Shown here: positions 18,562 through 28,798 of the stretch, one piece after another
Layout: each line of letters opens with the position of its first letter
Numbering within the stretch: position 1 is the first letter of the stretch
Sequence record: PQ471460.1
Origin: Escherichia phage vB_EcoM_JE01
Length of the DNA stretch: 64,000 nt
Reading direction: 5' to 3' (one strand)
The notes under the pieces: generated by a model
Database searches by the model: none
What the model was told of the DNA's origin: nothing
What the model saw: the letters and a program-made list of their open reading frames with translations, nothing else
Translations under genes and position numbers: made by a program

Positions 18562-18591
18562 GTTTACTTCCTCGGTTAGTTGTGGTATTAT
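18562..18591 (+). promoter_or_regulatory. T4-type early promoter
   Basis: GTTTAC 18562-18567, 18-bp spacer, TGTGGTATTAT (TATTAT 18586-18591). Confidence 0.55.
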
Positions 18592-18618
18592 AACACCATA
18601 GCTACTGAGGATAATAAA

Positions 18619-19119
18619 ATGAAAATTTATCGTGTTGAATCATCGTTTAGTATTCTTGATTATGAAGATGCTATAACAATACGTCGAAATCTTTGTGTTC
18701 AAATAACGCCGTACAGGAGTATAATAGATTCATGGAGCGAAGAGTGGCTATTACACGTAGGTTATGACAGACCTAATTTTATGCATCATAGCGATAATAA
18801 TAAAAGAATTCCTTTACCACACGAAGATAAATTATTAGTTAAAAACGCTAATATAGTAATTAATACTAAGTTCAAGAAAGATTATGTTGGAGTAGAATAT
18901 CATATTCCAGGATGGTTTATAGCTCTTTATCATTTTGCTTTCGCTAGTGAATATGATATGATGAGATGGTTCACACGAGAAGAGCGTGAAGAATTATCTT
19001 CTAAAGGATTTTATCTTGCTGTATACGAAGTTCCTGAAGATGAAGTTATCATTGGCGGGCACCAAGTAATGTTCCGCAAATCGCATGCTGAACTCATAGA
19101 TTTTATTGAAATGAGATAA
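18619..19119 (+). CDS. Hypothetical protein (166 aa)
   Basis: ATG 18619 with GAGGA RBS downstream of promoter. Confidence 0.45.
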   Translation: MKIYRVESSFSILDYEDAITIRRNLCVQITPYRSIIDSWSEEWLLHVGYDRPNFMHHSDNNKRIPLPHEDKLLVKNANIVINTKFKKDYVGVEYHIPGWFIALYHFAFASEYDMMRWFTREEREELSSKGFYLAVYEVPEDEVIIGGHQVMFRKSHAELIDFIEMR

Positions 19120-19121
19120 TT

Positions 19122-19655
19122 ATGAAATTTAATTATAATCCTGAATACACACCAAATCCGGTAGCTAAACTGATTGATTTTGATGTTGTAAGCACTTATG
19201 TATGCCCTGTTAAACCACTGGAAATTAAGGAACCTACTATGACTACCGCTATTGAAATCGGCAAAACCTACAAACTAGTTGAACCTGAAATTAAAACTAA
19301 TGCCTTGATTTCCGGCTATAAAACTTTGACTGATGTTTTTGGCGAAGGCGAATTTACTGTTGAAGACTTTGGAAAAAGTAAATGGTTTACTAAATCTTAT
19401 ATTGTCCACGGTCGTCGTTTAGACAATAACAAAATAGAGAAAATCCTGGTTTATGAAGCAGAGTTCATCCTCTTTCAAGAATGCGATCCTACTGACCTTT
19501 TGACTCGTGCGGTAGCTATCAAGACTCCATTTATTTCGGTCTGTGGTTGGGTAACAGACCAGTGGATTGAAGATGGTGTTGAGCTTCTGAACGTTGTTCA
19601 TGCAGGTGATTTTAGTGTAGTACCTCGTAGTGCGGTGGTAGCTATTTTAAATTAA
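19122..19655 (+). CDS. Hypothetical protein (177 aa) sharing a C-terminal module with the next ORF
   Basis: C-terminal VTDQWIEDGVELLNVV resembles ITDQWVEDGVKLYNAV of ORF 19732..20229. Confidence 0.45.
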   Translation: MKFNYNPEYTPNPVAKLIDFDVVSTYVCPVKPLEIKEPTMTTAIEIGKTYKLVEPEIKTNALISGYKTLTDVFGEGEFTVEDFGKSKWFTKSYIVHGRRLDNNKIEKILVYEAEFILFQECDPTDLLTRAVAIKTPFISVCGWVTDQWIEDGVELLNVVHAGDFSVVPRSAVVAILN

Positions 19656-19667
19656 TAGTTTACAAAC

Positions 19668-19697
19668 TCTTGGGACCAGAGTATAATGGTCCCGTGG
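19668..19697 (+). promoter_or_regulatory. T4-type early promoter (IR-flanked -10)
   Basis: GTTTAC 19668-19673, TATAAT 19692-19697; 7-bp inverted repeat GGGACCA/TGGTCCC at 19682-19688 and 19697-19703. Confidence 0.6.
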
Positions 19698-19731
19698 AGT
19701 ATAAAATCTTTTTAACAAGTGAGAGATAAGT

Positions 19732-20229
19732 ATGATTATTAATATTGGTGAATTAGCTCGTGTATCTGATAAATCCCGTTCTAAAGCAGCAGGAAAATTG
19801 GTCGAAATTGTAAGCATTCAGCTTAAACACGGCGTTAAAGATGAAGATTCTGAAGTAAAAGTGCGTATCATTCCTAAAGATGGAAAGTCTAAACCTCAGT
19901 TTGGCTATGTTCGTGCGAAATTTCTTGAATCTGCGTTTTTGAAAGCTGTTCCTGCTAAAGGAATTGAAACGATTGATACTTCGCATGTAGGTGTAGACTT
20001 TAAGTGGAAACTCGGTCAGGCTATTAAGTTCATTGCTCCTTATGAATTCGAATTTACCGAAGATGAGGAAGGGGTTGTTCAAAAACGTCGTACTCGTGCT
20101 ATGTGTGCATACATTACCGATCAATGGGTAGAAGATGGCGTTAAGTTGTACAACGCGGTATTTTTAGGAACATACAAAGTCATTCCTGAAAGTTGGATTA
20201 AACACTATAGCAAAGCTCGCTGTGCATAA
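19732..20229 (+). CDS. Hypothetical protein (165 aa), MotB-position candidate
   Basis: ORF between dexA and 39 of size close to T4 MotB; paralogous C-terminus to preceding ORF. Confidence 0.4.
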   Translation: MIINIGELARVSDKSRSKAAGKLVEIVSIQLKHGVKDEDSEVKVRIIPKDGKSKPQFGYVRAKFLESAFLKAVPAKGIETIDTSHVGVDFKWKLGQAIKFIAPYEFEFTEDEEGVVQKRRTRAMCAYITDQWVEDGVKLYNAVFLGTYKVIPESWIKHYSKARCA

Positions 20230-20252
20230 AGTTTAAATTTTTTCATAAAACT

Positions 20253-20299
20253 ATATACATCAGTAGTTGATTATGGTATTATATCAATATCAACTACTG
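20253..20299 (+). promoter_or_regulatory. Promoter-like element inside an 11-bp perfect inverted repeat
   Basis: TGgTATTAT (TATTAT 20277-20282) flanked by CAGTAGTTGAT (20261-20271) and ATCAACTACTG (20289-20299); -35 degenerate (ATATAC). Confidence 0.4.
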
Positions 20300-20400
20300 A
20301 TACAGAAAACAACTTGGAGAATAAAATGGAAAATTTGCCAAAGGTGCTGCTACTCTTCTGAAACGCATCGCTCCACTGTTCAATTAATGAGGAAATTGTA

Positions 20401-20616
20401 ATGAAACGTAAAACTGTTCAGAAATGCACTAATGACGAATTTGAAGATGTATTATTCGATCCAGATTTGGTAGTGGTTCAAAAGGAACACACCATTAAGT
20501 TTACTCACTTGACTTCGGTTTATGTGTATGAAAAGGTTGGTGATAAACAGCCAATTTACGGTGTATTCCGTGAAATCACTGAAGACGGTACAACTTACTG
20601 GAAGGAAATTTATTAA
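20401..20616 (+). CDS. Hypothetical protein (71 aa), cef-position candidate
   Basis: ORF with GAGGAAA RBS. Confidence 0.35.
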   Translation: MKRKTVQKCTNDEFEDVLFDPDLVVVQKEHTIKFTHLTSVYVYEKVGDKQPIYGVFREITEDGTTYWKEIY

Positions 20617-21035
20617 TGGCTATTAGATTTGAAGTTAATAAATGGTATCAATTTAAAAATAAACAAGCTCAAGAAAATTTTATTAAAGACCATATTAATA
20701 ACGGAATTTATGCGCGCCGTTTAGGTATGTATCCTTTTAAAATTTTAGATGTGGACGCTCTTGGGCGTCCTATTAAAATTTTGTCATCTACTGGAAATTT
20801 AGTACTATCTCCTGATAAAGATGTTTTGGATGAAGACTTTATTTGGCTTTCAAAAAGTGAAGCTGGGTTCTTTGATGAAGTTGAAAATCCATATCAGGCT
20901 GCTGAAGAACAAGAGCAGGAAGAGCAAGAACAAATAGAAGATTTCACAGAATTTCCGGTCATGAAAGTTACTATTGAAAATAATGAACAGGCATGGTCCT
21001 TGTATCAGATGTTGAAAGCACATTTTAAGGAATAA
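20616..21035 (+). CDS. Hypothetical acidic protein (139 aa)
   Basis: ORF; [10 protein letters not shown] acidic tract. Confidence 0.4.
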   Translation: MAIRFEVNKWYQFKNKQAQENFIKDHINNGIYARRLGMYPFKILDVDALGRPIKILSSTGNLVLSPDKDVLDEDFIWLSKSEAGFFDEVENPYQAAEEQEQEEQEQIEDFTEFPVMKVTIENNEQAWSLYQMLKAHFKE

Positions 21036-21037
21036 TT

Positions 21038-21214
21038 ATGCCAATGTATGATTATAAATGCCAATCCGAAGATTGCGGGCATGAATATGAAAAAATTAAA
21101 AAGATTTCTGAACGAGAAAATGATGTTTGCCCTAAATGTCATCGTTTGTCTACTCGTCGGCCTTCTGCTCCTAAGCATGTGAATGGTGGATTTTACGACT
21201 TACTTAAAGGGTGA
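21038..21214 (+). CDS. Zinc-ribbon protein (58 aa), FmdB-like CxxxxC...CxxC
   Basis: MPMYDYKCQSEDCGHEYE...DVCPKCH; below ORF-track cutoff. Confidence 0.45.
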   Translation: MPMYDYKCQSEDCGHEYEKIKKISERENDVCPKCHRLSTRRPSAPKHVNGGFYDLLKG

Positions 21215-21216
21215 TT

Positions 21217-21588
21217 ATGTTTAAAATCGGTAAGAAATATCGTGTTCGCGAAGGTGAAGAAAAGAAATATCTACTTTCTTCTATTTATAGGAATGGTTCT
21301 ATTAATGCCGTAATATCTACAAGCGAATTTATCGTTGAAGATATGAAAGGCCATAATGTTACAATGATTAGTACAGCATCTGGAAATGATGGAAAAATTC
21401 TTCACAGTTTTCAGAGTAATGTTCTAATTTATGATGAAGAATTTGACTTCTTCGAAGAAGTTCCTGAAGATTTTGATTTTGAATGCACTATCACTATGAA
21501 ATCTGGCGACCCTCTTTCTTTTACAGTTAAAGATGAAAGAAGTCGCTTGAGAATTATTAGTCTCCTTCAAGCCATTAAATTTGAGTGA
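21217..21588 (+). CDS. Hypothetical protein (123 aa)
   Basis: ATG 21217; ORF-track frame 21211..21588. Confidence 0.4.
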   Translation: MFKIGKKYRVREGEEKKYLLSSIYRNGSINAVISTSEFIVEDMKGHNVTMISTASGNDGKILHSFQSNVLIYDEEFDFFEEVPEDFDFECTITMKSGDPLSFTVKDERSRLRIISLLQAIKFE

Positions 21589-21592
21589 AATT

Positions 21593-21853
21593 ATGAAATA
21601 TGTTAATCGTTCTATCGCGGCATTAGTATTAGCAGTATCTTTAGTAGGATGTACTGATGCTGATAATGCAACCAAAGTTTTGTCTTCAAGTGGTTTTACT
21701 AATATTGAAATCACTGGATATAATTGGTTCGGTTGCTCTGAAAATGATTTCCAACACACTGGATTTCGTGCTATTGGACCTACCGGGCAGAAAGTAGAAG
21801 GAACAGTATGTTCTGGTCTATTCTTCAAGGATTCGACTATCCGTTTTAAATAA
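21593..21853 (+). CDS. Hypothetical lipoprotein (86 aa)
   Basis: Signal peptide with lipobox LVGC; ATG 21593. Confidence 0.4.
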   Translation: MKYVNRSIAALVLAVSLVGCTDADNATKVLSSSGFTNIEITGYNWFGCSENDFQHTGFRAIGPTGQKVEGTVCSGLFFKDSTIRFK

Positions 21854-21854
21854 A

Positions 21855-21870
21855 AGGCCTTCGGGCCTTT
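21855..21870 (+). terminator. Terminator-like hairpin
   Basis: AGGCC-TTCG-GGCCT stem-loop; weak U-tract. Confidence 0.35.
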
Positions 21871-21919
21871 AGCTTTATGATTACCGGAGTATAATATTCC
21901 CGAAACCAAACGAGGATAA

Positions 21920-23740
21920 GTGATGATTAAGAATGAAATTAAAATTCTGAGCGATATTGAACATATCAAAAAGCGTAGCGGCATGTATATTGGCTCTTCT
22001 GCTAATGAAATGCATGAGCGCTTTCTGTTTGGTAAATGGGAAAGTGTTCAGTATGTACCTGGTCTTGTTAAGCTTATTGATGAAATTATTGATAACTCAG
22101 TAGATGAAGGTATTCGTACTAAGTTTAAATTCGCAAATAAAATTAATGTTACTATCAAAAACAATCAAGTAACAGTTGAAGATAACGGTCGTGGTATTCC
22201 ACAGGCGATGGTTAAAACACCTACCGGTGAAGAAATTCCTGGTCCTGTTGCTGCATGGACTATTCCAAAAGCAGGTGGTAACTTTGGTGATGATAAAGAA
22301 CGCGTCACTGGCGGTATGAACGGTGTTGGTTCTAGTTTAACTAACATTTTTTCTGTGATGTTTGTCGGTGAAACTGGCGACGGTCAAAATAATATTGTAG
22401 TTCGCTGCTCGAATGGCATGGAAAATAAATCGTGGGAAGATATTCCTGGAAAATGGAAAGGAACACGTGTTACTTTCATACCTGATTTTATGTCATTTGA
22501 AACTAATGAGCTATCTCAAGTTTATCTTGACATTACACTAGATCGTCTCCAGACACTTGCAGTAGTTTATCCTGATATTCAATTTACCTTTAATGGTAAA
22601 AAGGTTCAGGGTAATTTTAAGAAATATGCACGCCAATATGATGAACATGCTATCGTTCAAGAACAAGAAAATTGTTCTATTGCGGTTGGTCGTTCACCGG
22701 ATGGTTTTCGTCAATTAACATACGTCAATAACATTCATACTAAGAATGGTGGCCATCACATTGACTGCGTTATGGATGATATTTGTGAAGACCTTATTCC
22801 ACAAATCAAACGTAAGTTCAAAATTGATGTAACTAAAGCACGTGTTAAAGAATGTTTGACTATCGTTATGTTTGTTCGTGATATGAAAAACATGCGATTT
22901 GATTCTCAAACTAAAGAGCGTTTGACTTCTCCATTTGGTGAAATTCGTAGTCATATTCAGCTTGATGCTAAAAAGATTTCACGTGCTATTTTAAATAATG
23001 AAGCAATTTTAATGCCAATCATTGAAGCTGCCTTGGCTCGTAAATTGGCGGCAGAAAAAGCAGCAGAAACTAAAGCAGCTAAAAAGGCTTCTAAAGCTAA
23101 GGTTCATAAACATATTAAAGCGAATCTTTGTGGTAAAGATGCTGATACTACTCTTTTCTTGACTGAGGGTGATTCTGCTATTGGATATCTTATTGATGTT
23201 CGTGATAAAGAACTTCATGGTGGTTATCCATTGCGTGGTAAAGTTCTTAACAGTTGGGGCATGTCATATGCTGATATGCTTAAAAACAAAGAACTATTTG
23301 ATATTTGCGCAATCACTAGATTAGTTCTTGGTGAAAAAGCCGAAAACTTGAATTATCATAATATTGCAATTATGACCGATGCTGACCATGATGGTCTAGG
23401 AAGCATTTATCCTTCTCTGCTCGGATTTTTTAGTAATTGGCCAGAATTGTTTGAACAAGGAAGAATTCGCTTTGTCAAAACTCCTGTAATCATCGCTCAG
23501 GTCGGCAAAAAACAAGAATGGTTTTATACAGTCGCTGAATATGAGAGTGCCAAAGATGCTCTACCTAAACATAGCATCCGTTATATTAAAGGACTTGGCT
23601 CTTTGGAAAAATCTGAATATCGTGAGATGATTCAAAATCCAGTATATGATGTTGTTAAACTTCCTGAGAATTGGAAAGAGCTTTTTGAAATGCTCATGGG
23701 AGATAATGCTGACCTTCGTAAAGAATGGATGAGCCAGTAG
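21920..23740 (+). CDS. 39: Topoisomerase II large (GyrB-like) subunit gp39, single uninterrupted 606-aa gene
   Basis: GHKL ATPase N-terminus, TOPRIM motifs EGDSA and MTDADHDG in one continuous ORF; no separate gene 60 between it and rIIA. Confidence 0.85.
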   Translation: MMIKNEIKILSDIEHIKKRSGMYIGSSANEMHERFLFGKWESVQYVPGLVKLIDEIIDNSVDEGIRTKFKFANKINVTIKNNQVTVEDNGRGIPQAMVKTPTGEEIPGPVAAWTIPKAGGNFGDDKERVTGGMNGVGSSLTNIFSVMFVGETGDGQNNIVVRCSNGMENKSWEDIPGKWKGTRVTFIPDFMSFETNELSQVYLDITLDRLQTLAVVYPDIQFTFNGKKVQGNFKKYARQYDEHAIVQEQENCSIAVGRSPDGFRQLTYVNNIHTKNGGHHIDCVMDDICEDLIPQIKRKFKIDVTKARVKECLTIVMFVRDMKNMRFDSQTKERLTSPFGEIRSHIQLDAKKISRAILNNEAILMPIIEAALARKLAAEKAAETKAAKKASKAKVHKHIKANLCGKDADTTLFLTEGDSAIGYLIDVRDKELHGGYPLRGKVLNSWGMSYADMLKNKELFDICAITRLVLGEKAENLNYHNIAIMTDADHDGLGSIYPSLLGFFSNWPELFEQGRIRFVKTPVIIAQVGKKQEWFYTVAEYESAKDALPKHSIRYIKGLGSLEKSEYREMIQNPVYDVVKLPENWKELFEMLMGDNADLRKEWMSQ

Positions 23741-23769
23741 TTTACTTTACCACAAGGATGTGGTATAAT
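23739..23769 (+). promoter_or_regulatory. T4-type early promoter
   Basis: GTTTAC 23739-23744, 19-bp spacer, TGTGGTATAAT (TATAAT 23764-23769). Confidence 0.6.
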
Positions 23770-23794
23770 TAATTGGGCAAATGAGGATATTGAA

Positions 23795-23998
23795 ATGAAA
23801 TCATATAGAGTAAATTTAGAACTTTTTGATAAAGCAGTTCATCGAGAATATAGAATCATTCAACGCTTTTTCGATATGGGAGAAGCCGAAGAGTTTAAAA
23901 ACCGCTTTAAGGATATTAGAGATAAAATTCAATCTGACACCGCAACTAAAGATGAACTACTAGAAGTTGCTGAAGTTATTAAACGCAATATGAATTAA
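23795..23998 (+). CDS. Hypothetical protein (67 aa)
   Basis: ORF between 39 and rIIA. Confidence 0.4.
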   Translation: MKSYRVNLELFDKAVHREYRIIQRFFDMGEAEEFKNRFKDIRDKIQSDTATKDELLEVAEVIKRNMN

Positions 23999-24008
23999 TG
24001 AGGAAATT

Positions 24009-26186
24009 ATGATTATCACCACTGAAAAAGAAACAATTCTTGGTAATGGTTCTAAATCAAAAGCATTTAGCATCACAGCATCTCCTAAAGTATTTAAAAT
24101 TCTATCATCTGATTTGTACACAAACAAGATTCGCGCAGTAGTCCGTGAATTGATTACCAACATGATTGATGCCCATGCTCTTAATGGAAATCCTGAAAAA
24201 TTTATCATACAAGTTCCAGGACGATTAGATCCGCGATTTGTTTGTCGAGATTTTGGTCCGGGTATGAGCGATTTTGATATTCAGGGTGATGATAATTCTC
24301 CTGGGTTGTATAATTCATACTTCAGTTCATCTAAGGCTGAATCCAACGATTTCATTGGCGGATTTGGTTTAGGTTCTAAATCTCCGTTTAGTTATACTGA
24401 TACATTTAGTATTACTTCGTACCATAAAGGTGAAATTCGCGGTTATGTAGCTTACATGGATGGTGACGGTCCGCAAATTAAACCTACATTCGTAAAAGAA
24501 ATGGGTCCAAATGATAAAACTGGTATTGAAATCGTAGTTCCAGTTGAAGAAAAAGATTTTAGAAACTTTGCTTATGAAGTTTCTTATATCATGCGACCAT
24601 TCAAAGATTTAGCTATCATTAACGGTCTTGACCGCGAAATTGATTATTTTCCGGATTTTGATGACTATTACGGTGTAAATCCAGAAAGATACTGGCCAGA
24701 TCGTGGTGGATTGTATGCTATCTATGGCGGCATTGTTTATCCTATCGAAGGTGTTATTAGAGATCGTAACTGGTTAAGCATCCGCAATGAAGTGAATTAT
24801 ATTAAGTTTCCAATGGGTTCACTTGATATTGCTCCATCGCGTGAGGCTCTTTCACTAGATGATCGTACTCGTAAAAATATTATTGAGCGTGTTAAAGAGC
24901 TCAGTGAGAAGGCATTTAATGAAGATGTAAAACGATTTAAAGAATCTACATCTCCTCGTCATACATACCGTGAATTGATGAAGATGGGATATTCTGCTCG
25001 AGATTATATGATTAGCAATTCGGTCAAATTCACGACTAAAAATCTGTCATATAAAAAGATGCAAAGCATGTTTGAACCTGACAGTAAGTTATGTAATGCA
25101 GGAGTTGTGTATGAAGTAAATCTTGACCCTCGACTGAAACGCATTAAGCAAAGCCATGAAACTTCAGCCGTTGCATCAAGTTATCGTCTGTTTGGTATTA
25201 ACACAACAAAAATTAATATCGTTATTGATAATATTAAAAACCGCGTTAATATTGTCCGTGGATTAGCACGTGCATTAGATGATAGCGAATTTAATAACAC
25301 CTTAAATATTCATCACAATGAGCGTCTTCTGTTTATTAATCCGGAAGTAGAATCACAGATTGATTTACTCCCTGATATTATGGCAATGTTTGAAAGTGAT
25401 GAAGTTAACATTCATTATTTGTCAGAAATTGAAGCTTTAGTTAAAAGTTATATTCCAAAGGCAGTAAAAAGTACAGCTCCTCGTCCTAAAACTGCCACTG
25501 CATTTAAGTTTGAAATTAAAGACGGGCGTTGGGAAAAAGAGGAATTGTTTACGCTCACATCAGAAGCAGATGAAATTACTGGTTATGTAGCATACATGCA
25601 TCGTTCTGATATTTTCTCTATGGATGGTACTACATCGCTTTGTCATCCATCTACGAATATTTTGATTCGTATGGCTAATCTTATTGGCATTAATGAATTT
25701 TATGTTATTCGTCCGCTTTTGCAGAAAAAGGTAAAAGAACTTGGTCAGTGCCAATGTATTTTTGAAACTTTGCGTGATTTATATGTAGATGCTTTTGATG
25801 ATGTAGATTATGATAAGTATGTAGGTTATTCAAGTTCAGCTAAACGATATATTGATAAAATTATCAAGTATCCTGAGTTAGATTTTATGATGAAGTACTT
25901 CAGTGTAGATGAAGTTTCTGAAGAATATACACGACTCGCTAATATGGTTAGTTCATTACAGGGTGTATATTTCAACGGTGGAAAAGATACCATCGGTCAT
26001 GACATCTGGACAGTAACTAATCTTTTTGATGTATTATCAAATAATGCTTCAAAAAACAGTGATAAAATGGTTGCTGAGTTTACCAAGAAATTCCGTATTG
26101 TTTCCGACTTCATCGGTTATCGCAATTCTTTAAGTGATGATGAAGTTTCCCAAATCGCTAAAACTATGAAGGCCCTTGCGGCCTAA
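24009..26186 (+). CDS. rIIA: RIIA protein (725 aa)
   Basis: 725 aa with N-terminal GHKL-type ATPase fold ([12 protein letters not shown]); followed by rIIB. Confidence 0.85.
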   Translation: MIITTEKETILGNGSKSKAFSITASPKVFKILSSDLYTNKIRAVVRELITNMIDAHALNGNPEKFIIQVPGRLDPRFVCRDFGPGMSDFDIQGDDNSPGLYNSYFSSSKAESNDFIGGFGLGSKSPFSYTDTFSITSYHKGEIRGYVAYMDGDGPQIKPTFVKEMGPNDKTGIEIVVPVEEKDFRNFAYEVSYIMRPFKDLAIINGLDREIDYFPDFDDYYGVNPERYWPDRGGLYAIYGGIVYPIEGVIRDRNWLSIRNEVNYIKFPMGSLDIAPSREALSLDDRTRKNIIERVKELSEKAFNEDVKRFKESTSPRHTYRELMKMGYSARDYMISNSVKFTTKNLSYKKMQSMFEPDSKLCNAGVVYEVNLDPRLKRIKQSHETSAVASSYRLFGINTTKINIVIDNIKNRVNIVRGLARALDDSEFNNTLNIHHNERLLFINPEVESQIDLLPDIMAMFESDEVNIHYLSEIEALVKSYIPKAVKSTAPRPKTATAFKFEIKDGRWEKEELFTLTSEADEITGYVAYMHRSDIFSMDGTTSLCHPSTNILIRMANLIGINEFYVIRPLLQKKVKELGQCQCIFETLRDLYVDAFDDVDYDKYVGYSSSAKRYIDKIIKYPELDFMMKYFSVDEVSEEYTRLANMVSSLQGVYFNGGKDTIGHDIWTVTNLFDVLSNNASKNSDKMVAEFTKKFRIVSDFIGYRNSLSDDEVSQIAKTMKALAA

Positions 26187-26197
26187 TAAGGAAAATT

Positions 26198-27136
26198 ATG
26201 TACAATATTAAATGCCTGACCAAAAACGAACAAGCTGAAATTGTTAAATTGTATTCAAGTGGTAATTATACCCAACAGGAATTGGCTGATTGGCAAGGTG
26301 TATCGGTTGACACAATCCGTCGTGTTTTGAAAAATGCTGAAGAAGCTGAACGCTCTAAAGTTACCATTAGCGGTGATATTACAGTTAAAGTTAATAACGA
26401 TACAGTTATTGCTCCAGTTGCTAAATCTGACATTATTTGGAATGCATCTAAAAAATTCATTTCAATTACTGTTGACGGCGTAACTTATAACGCAACTCCT
26501 AATACACATTCAAACTTCCAGGAAATTCTTAATCTGCTTGTTGCAGATAAATTGGAAGAAGCGGCACAAAAAATTAACGTTCGTCGCGCTGTTGAAAAAT
26601 ATATTTCCGGTGATGTTCGAATTGAAGGTGGAAGCTTGTTCTATCAAAACATTGAATTGCGGTCTGGTTTAGTTGATCGTATTCTCGATTCGATGGAAAA
26701 AGGCGAAAACTTTGAATTTTATTTTCCGTTCTTGGAAAATCTGCTGGAAAATCCAAGCCAAAAAGCGGTGTCTCGACTCTTTGATTTCTTGGTAGCAAAC
26801 GATATTGAAATTACAGAAGACGGCTACTTCTATGCTTGGAAAGTAGTTCGTAGCAATTACTTTGACTGTCACTCAAATACCTTTGATAACAGTCCTGGTA
26901 AAGTAGTTAAAATGCCACGTACTCGTGTGAATGACGATGATACACAAACTTGTTCTCGTGGTCTGCATGTGTGTTCTAAATCTTATATTCGTCACTTTGG
27001 CAGTTCAACCAGCCGAGTTGTAAAAGTTAAAGTACATCCTCGCGATGTAGTATCAATTCCGATTGATTACAACGATGCTAAAATGCGTACCTGCCAATAC
27101 GAAGTAGTTGAAGACGTTACTGAACAATTTAAATAA
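26198..27136 (+). CDS. rIIB: RIIB protein (312 aa)
   Basis: 312-aa ORF immediately downstream of rIIA. Confidence 0.8.
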   Translation: MYNIKCLTKNEQAEIVKLYSSGNYTQQELADWQGVSVDTIRRVLKNAEEAERSKVTISGDITVKVNNDTVIAPVAKSDIIWNASKKFISITVDGVTYNATPNTHSNFQEILNLLVADKLEEAAQKINVRRAVEKYISGDVRIEGGSLFYQNIELRSGLVDRILDSMEKGENFEFYFPFLENLLENPSQKAVSRLFDFLVANDIEITEDGYFYAWKVVRSNYFDCHSNTFDNSPGKVVKMPRTRVNDDDTQTCSRGLHVCSKSYIRHFGSSTSRVVKVKVHPRDVVSIPIDYNDAKMRTCQYEVVEDVTEQFK

Positions 27137-27164
27137 GGGCTTCGGCCCCTTACTGAGGAAAATT

Positions 27165-27359
27165 ATGTTAGGTTATCAAGCACGAGTAAAAGAAGAATAC
27201 GATCAATTAATGCTCAAAATTAATGCGCTGAGCAAATTTTTAGAAAGCACAAAGTTTCTAACGATTAATGAAGTTGAGCAAGAACTGCTGCTTTCACAAT
27301 TTATCTCAATGAAATCTTACGCAGATTGTTTAGAGAAAAGAATTGCACAATTCAAATAA
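27165..27359 (+). CDS. Hypothetical protein (64 aa)
   Basis: ATG 27165 with GAGGAAAA RBS; ORF-track frame 27108..27359 starts inside a hairpin. Confidence 0.4.
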   Translation: MLGYQARVKEEYDQLMLKINALSKFLESTKFLTINEVEQELLLSQFISMKSYADCLEKRIAQFK

Positions 27360-27364
27360 AATAA

Positions 27365-27386
27365 GGGGCTTCGGCCCTTTTGTTTT
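27365..27386 (+). terminator. Intrinsic terminator
   Basis: GGGC-TTCG-GCCC hairpin followed by TTTTGTTTT. Confidence 0.6.
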
Positions 27387-27397
27387 AAGGAAAAATT

Positions 27398-27727
27398 ATG
27401 ATTTATTGTATGAATATCGGTGATTCCGACATAAAAGAGATTAAACTGCACGGAAATCATCACGCTAATATTGTGTACTGCAATAAATTTGAGTTTGGTC
27501 ACGAAAAACTTGGGTTTCTTTACTGCAATGATGTTATAGTCATGGATAAAAAGAAACTCGATGAACTTGACCGTGAGTCTTTAAATGAAAATGATCGAAT
27601 TTATTATGGTACTCTTAAAGTATATAACGCTTATCTTAGTGGTAAAAAGGAAAGTCTAAATGCAGAAAACGAATCCAGGTTTACAGAGACTATTTCAGAT
27701 TCCGACATTTACCCTATCGAACAGTGA
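27398..27727 (+). CDS. Hypothetical protein (109 aa)
   Basis: ORF. Confidence 0.4.
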   Translation: MIYCMNIGDSDIKEIKLHGNHHANIVYCNKFEFGHEKLGFLYCNDVIVMDKKKLDELDRESLNENDRIYYGTLKVYNAYLSGKKESLNAENESRFTETISDSDIYPIEQ

Positions 27728-28217
27728 CTTGACTAGTGAAATGAAGGTCAAAATTGCTGATACAGCAAGATACTCTTTAAAACAAAATCCTAATCAGGAT
27801 AAAGCAGAAGTTATTGAAAGATGTCGCATCGCTGTGTACGCAGAATTTTTTGTAGCAGATTGGCTAAGAGGGTATGTTAACAAAGGCCAAGAGGATGTTA
27901 ATGACCCGTATACATATGCGTGGGATGTATTGGCACACCCAAGATACTGTGGACTTCGTGTAGAAGTCAAAACACATCAAACTGACTCACGTTGGATTTC
28001 GGTAACAACCGGATGCAGCGGAGAGTATCCATACGGTTCTGGAATAAATCTAGGGCCCATTCTGAATCATCAGGTCGCTGACTGTATAATTATATTCAAC
28101 ACTAAAGAAATTCATCCAGGTGTCATCCAGTACACTCCGAAGTTCATCGGTGATAGAGAAGACCTTCGTAAGGTTGTAAGAAAAAGCAACTACAACGGAT
28201 GGTATCTTTCTATTTAA
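27660..28217 (+). CDS. denB: Endonuclease IV-position protein DenB candidate (185 aa)
   Basis: 185-aa ORF between rIIB and ndd, same length and position as T4 denB. Confidence 0.5.
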   Translation: MQKTNPGLQRLFQIPTFTLSNSDLTSEMKVKIADTARYSLKQNPNQDKAEVIERCRIAVYAEFFVADWLRGYVNKGQEDVNDPYTYAWDVLAHPRYCGLRVEVKTHQTDSRWISVTTGCSGEYPYGSGINLGPILNHQVADCIIIFNTKEIHPGVIQYTPKFIGDREDLRKVVRKSNYNGWYLSI

Positions 28218-28234
28218 AAAATTTTCACAAAACA

Positions 28235-28264
28235 GTTTACATACCACAAGGACCGTGGTACTAT
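28235..28264 (+). promoter_or_regulatory. T4-type early promoter
   Basis: GTTTAC 28235-28240, 18-bp spacer, TGgTACTAT 28256-28264. Confidence 0.6.
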
Positions 28265-28291
28265 ACAACTATCAGCTACGGAGGAGTAAAA

Positions 28292-28555
28292 ATGAAATTT
28301 AAATTTTATTACGCTAAACATAAAATAACTGATGAGTTCGTGTCAGTTGAATATTCTAGCGACGATGAAGGTATGATTTATACTCACTTGGGACTATCGC
28401 ATTGGGAGTCTGATACGCCTTATTTTTCAACTCCCGAAGAAATTACACGCTTAGTTAATGGTCATATGAATGACCACTGGAATGTAATTCTTTCAGATAG
28501 TCTTAAAGCGGCTATTAATAGTAATGAAATGAAAATCGCTGAGATTGAACTATGA
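28292..28555 (+). CDS. Hypothetical protein (87 aa)
   Basis: ATG 28292 with GGAGG RBS just downstream of promoter. Confidence 0.45.
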   Translation: MKFKFYYAKHKITDEFVSVEYSSDDEGMIYTHLGLSHWESDTPYFSTPEEITRLVNGHMNDHWNVILSDSLKAAINSNEMKIAEIEL

Positions 28556-28750
28556 GTTCATTATGGTGGTGTTTTGTTTGGTTAATTAGTATTCCATTAA
28601 TTTGTTTAACATTTACTTTTGTGATGAGGTTATTATGAAAATTTTTAATTCTGTACTTATTGCTTGTGCGTGGTGGGTTGCACAAGTTTCGGCAGTAGTA
28701 ATTGGTATTCACATTTATTACGAATATTTTTAAAAAAGTTGTTTACAAGA

Positions 28751-28780
28751 CTGTTCCTCTGTGGTATTATTACTCTATCA
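28751..28780 (+). promoter_or_regulatory. T4-type early promoter
   Basis: GTTTAC 28751-28756, 18-bp spacer, TGTGGTATTAT (28775-28780). Confidence 0.6.
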
Positions 28781-28798
28781 ACTACGGAGGAACAGAAA

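Noticed and set aside
23741-24008. Gene 60 with 50-nt translational bypass element
   Set aside because: Gene 39 already encodes the complete TOPRIM/C-terminal region; the intervening 67-aa ORF has no topoisomerase similarity and no take-off/landing GGA-UAG arrangement was seen
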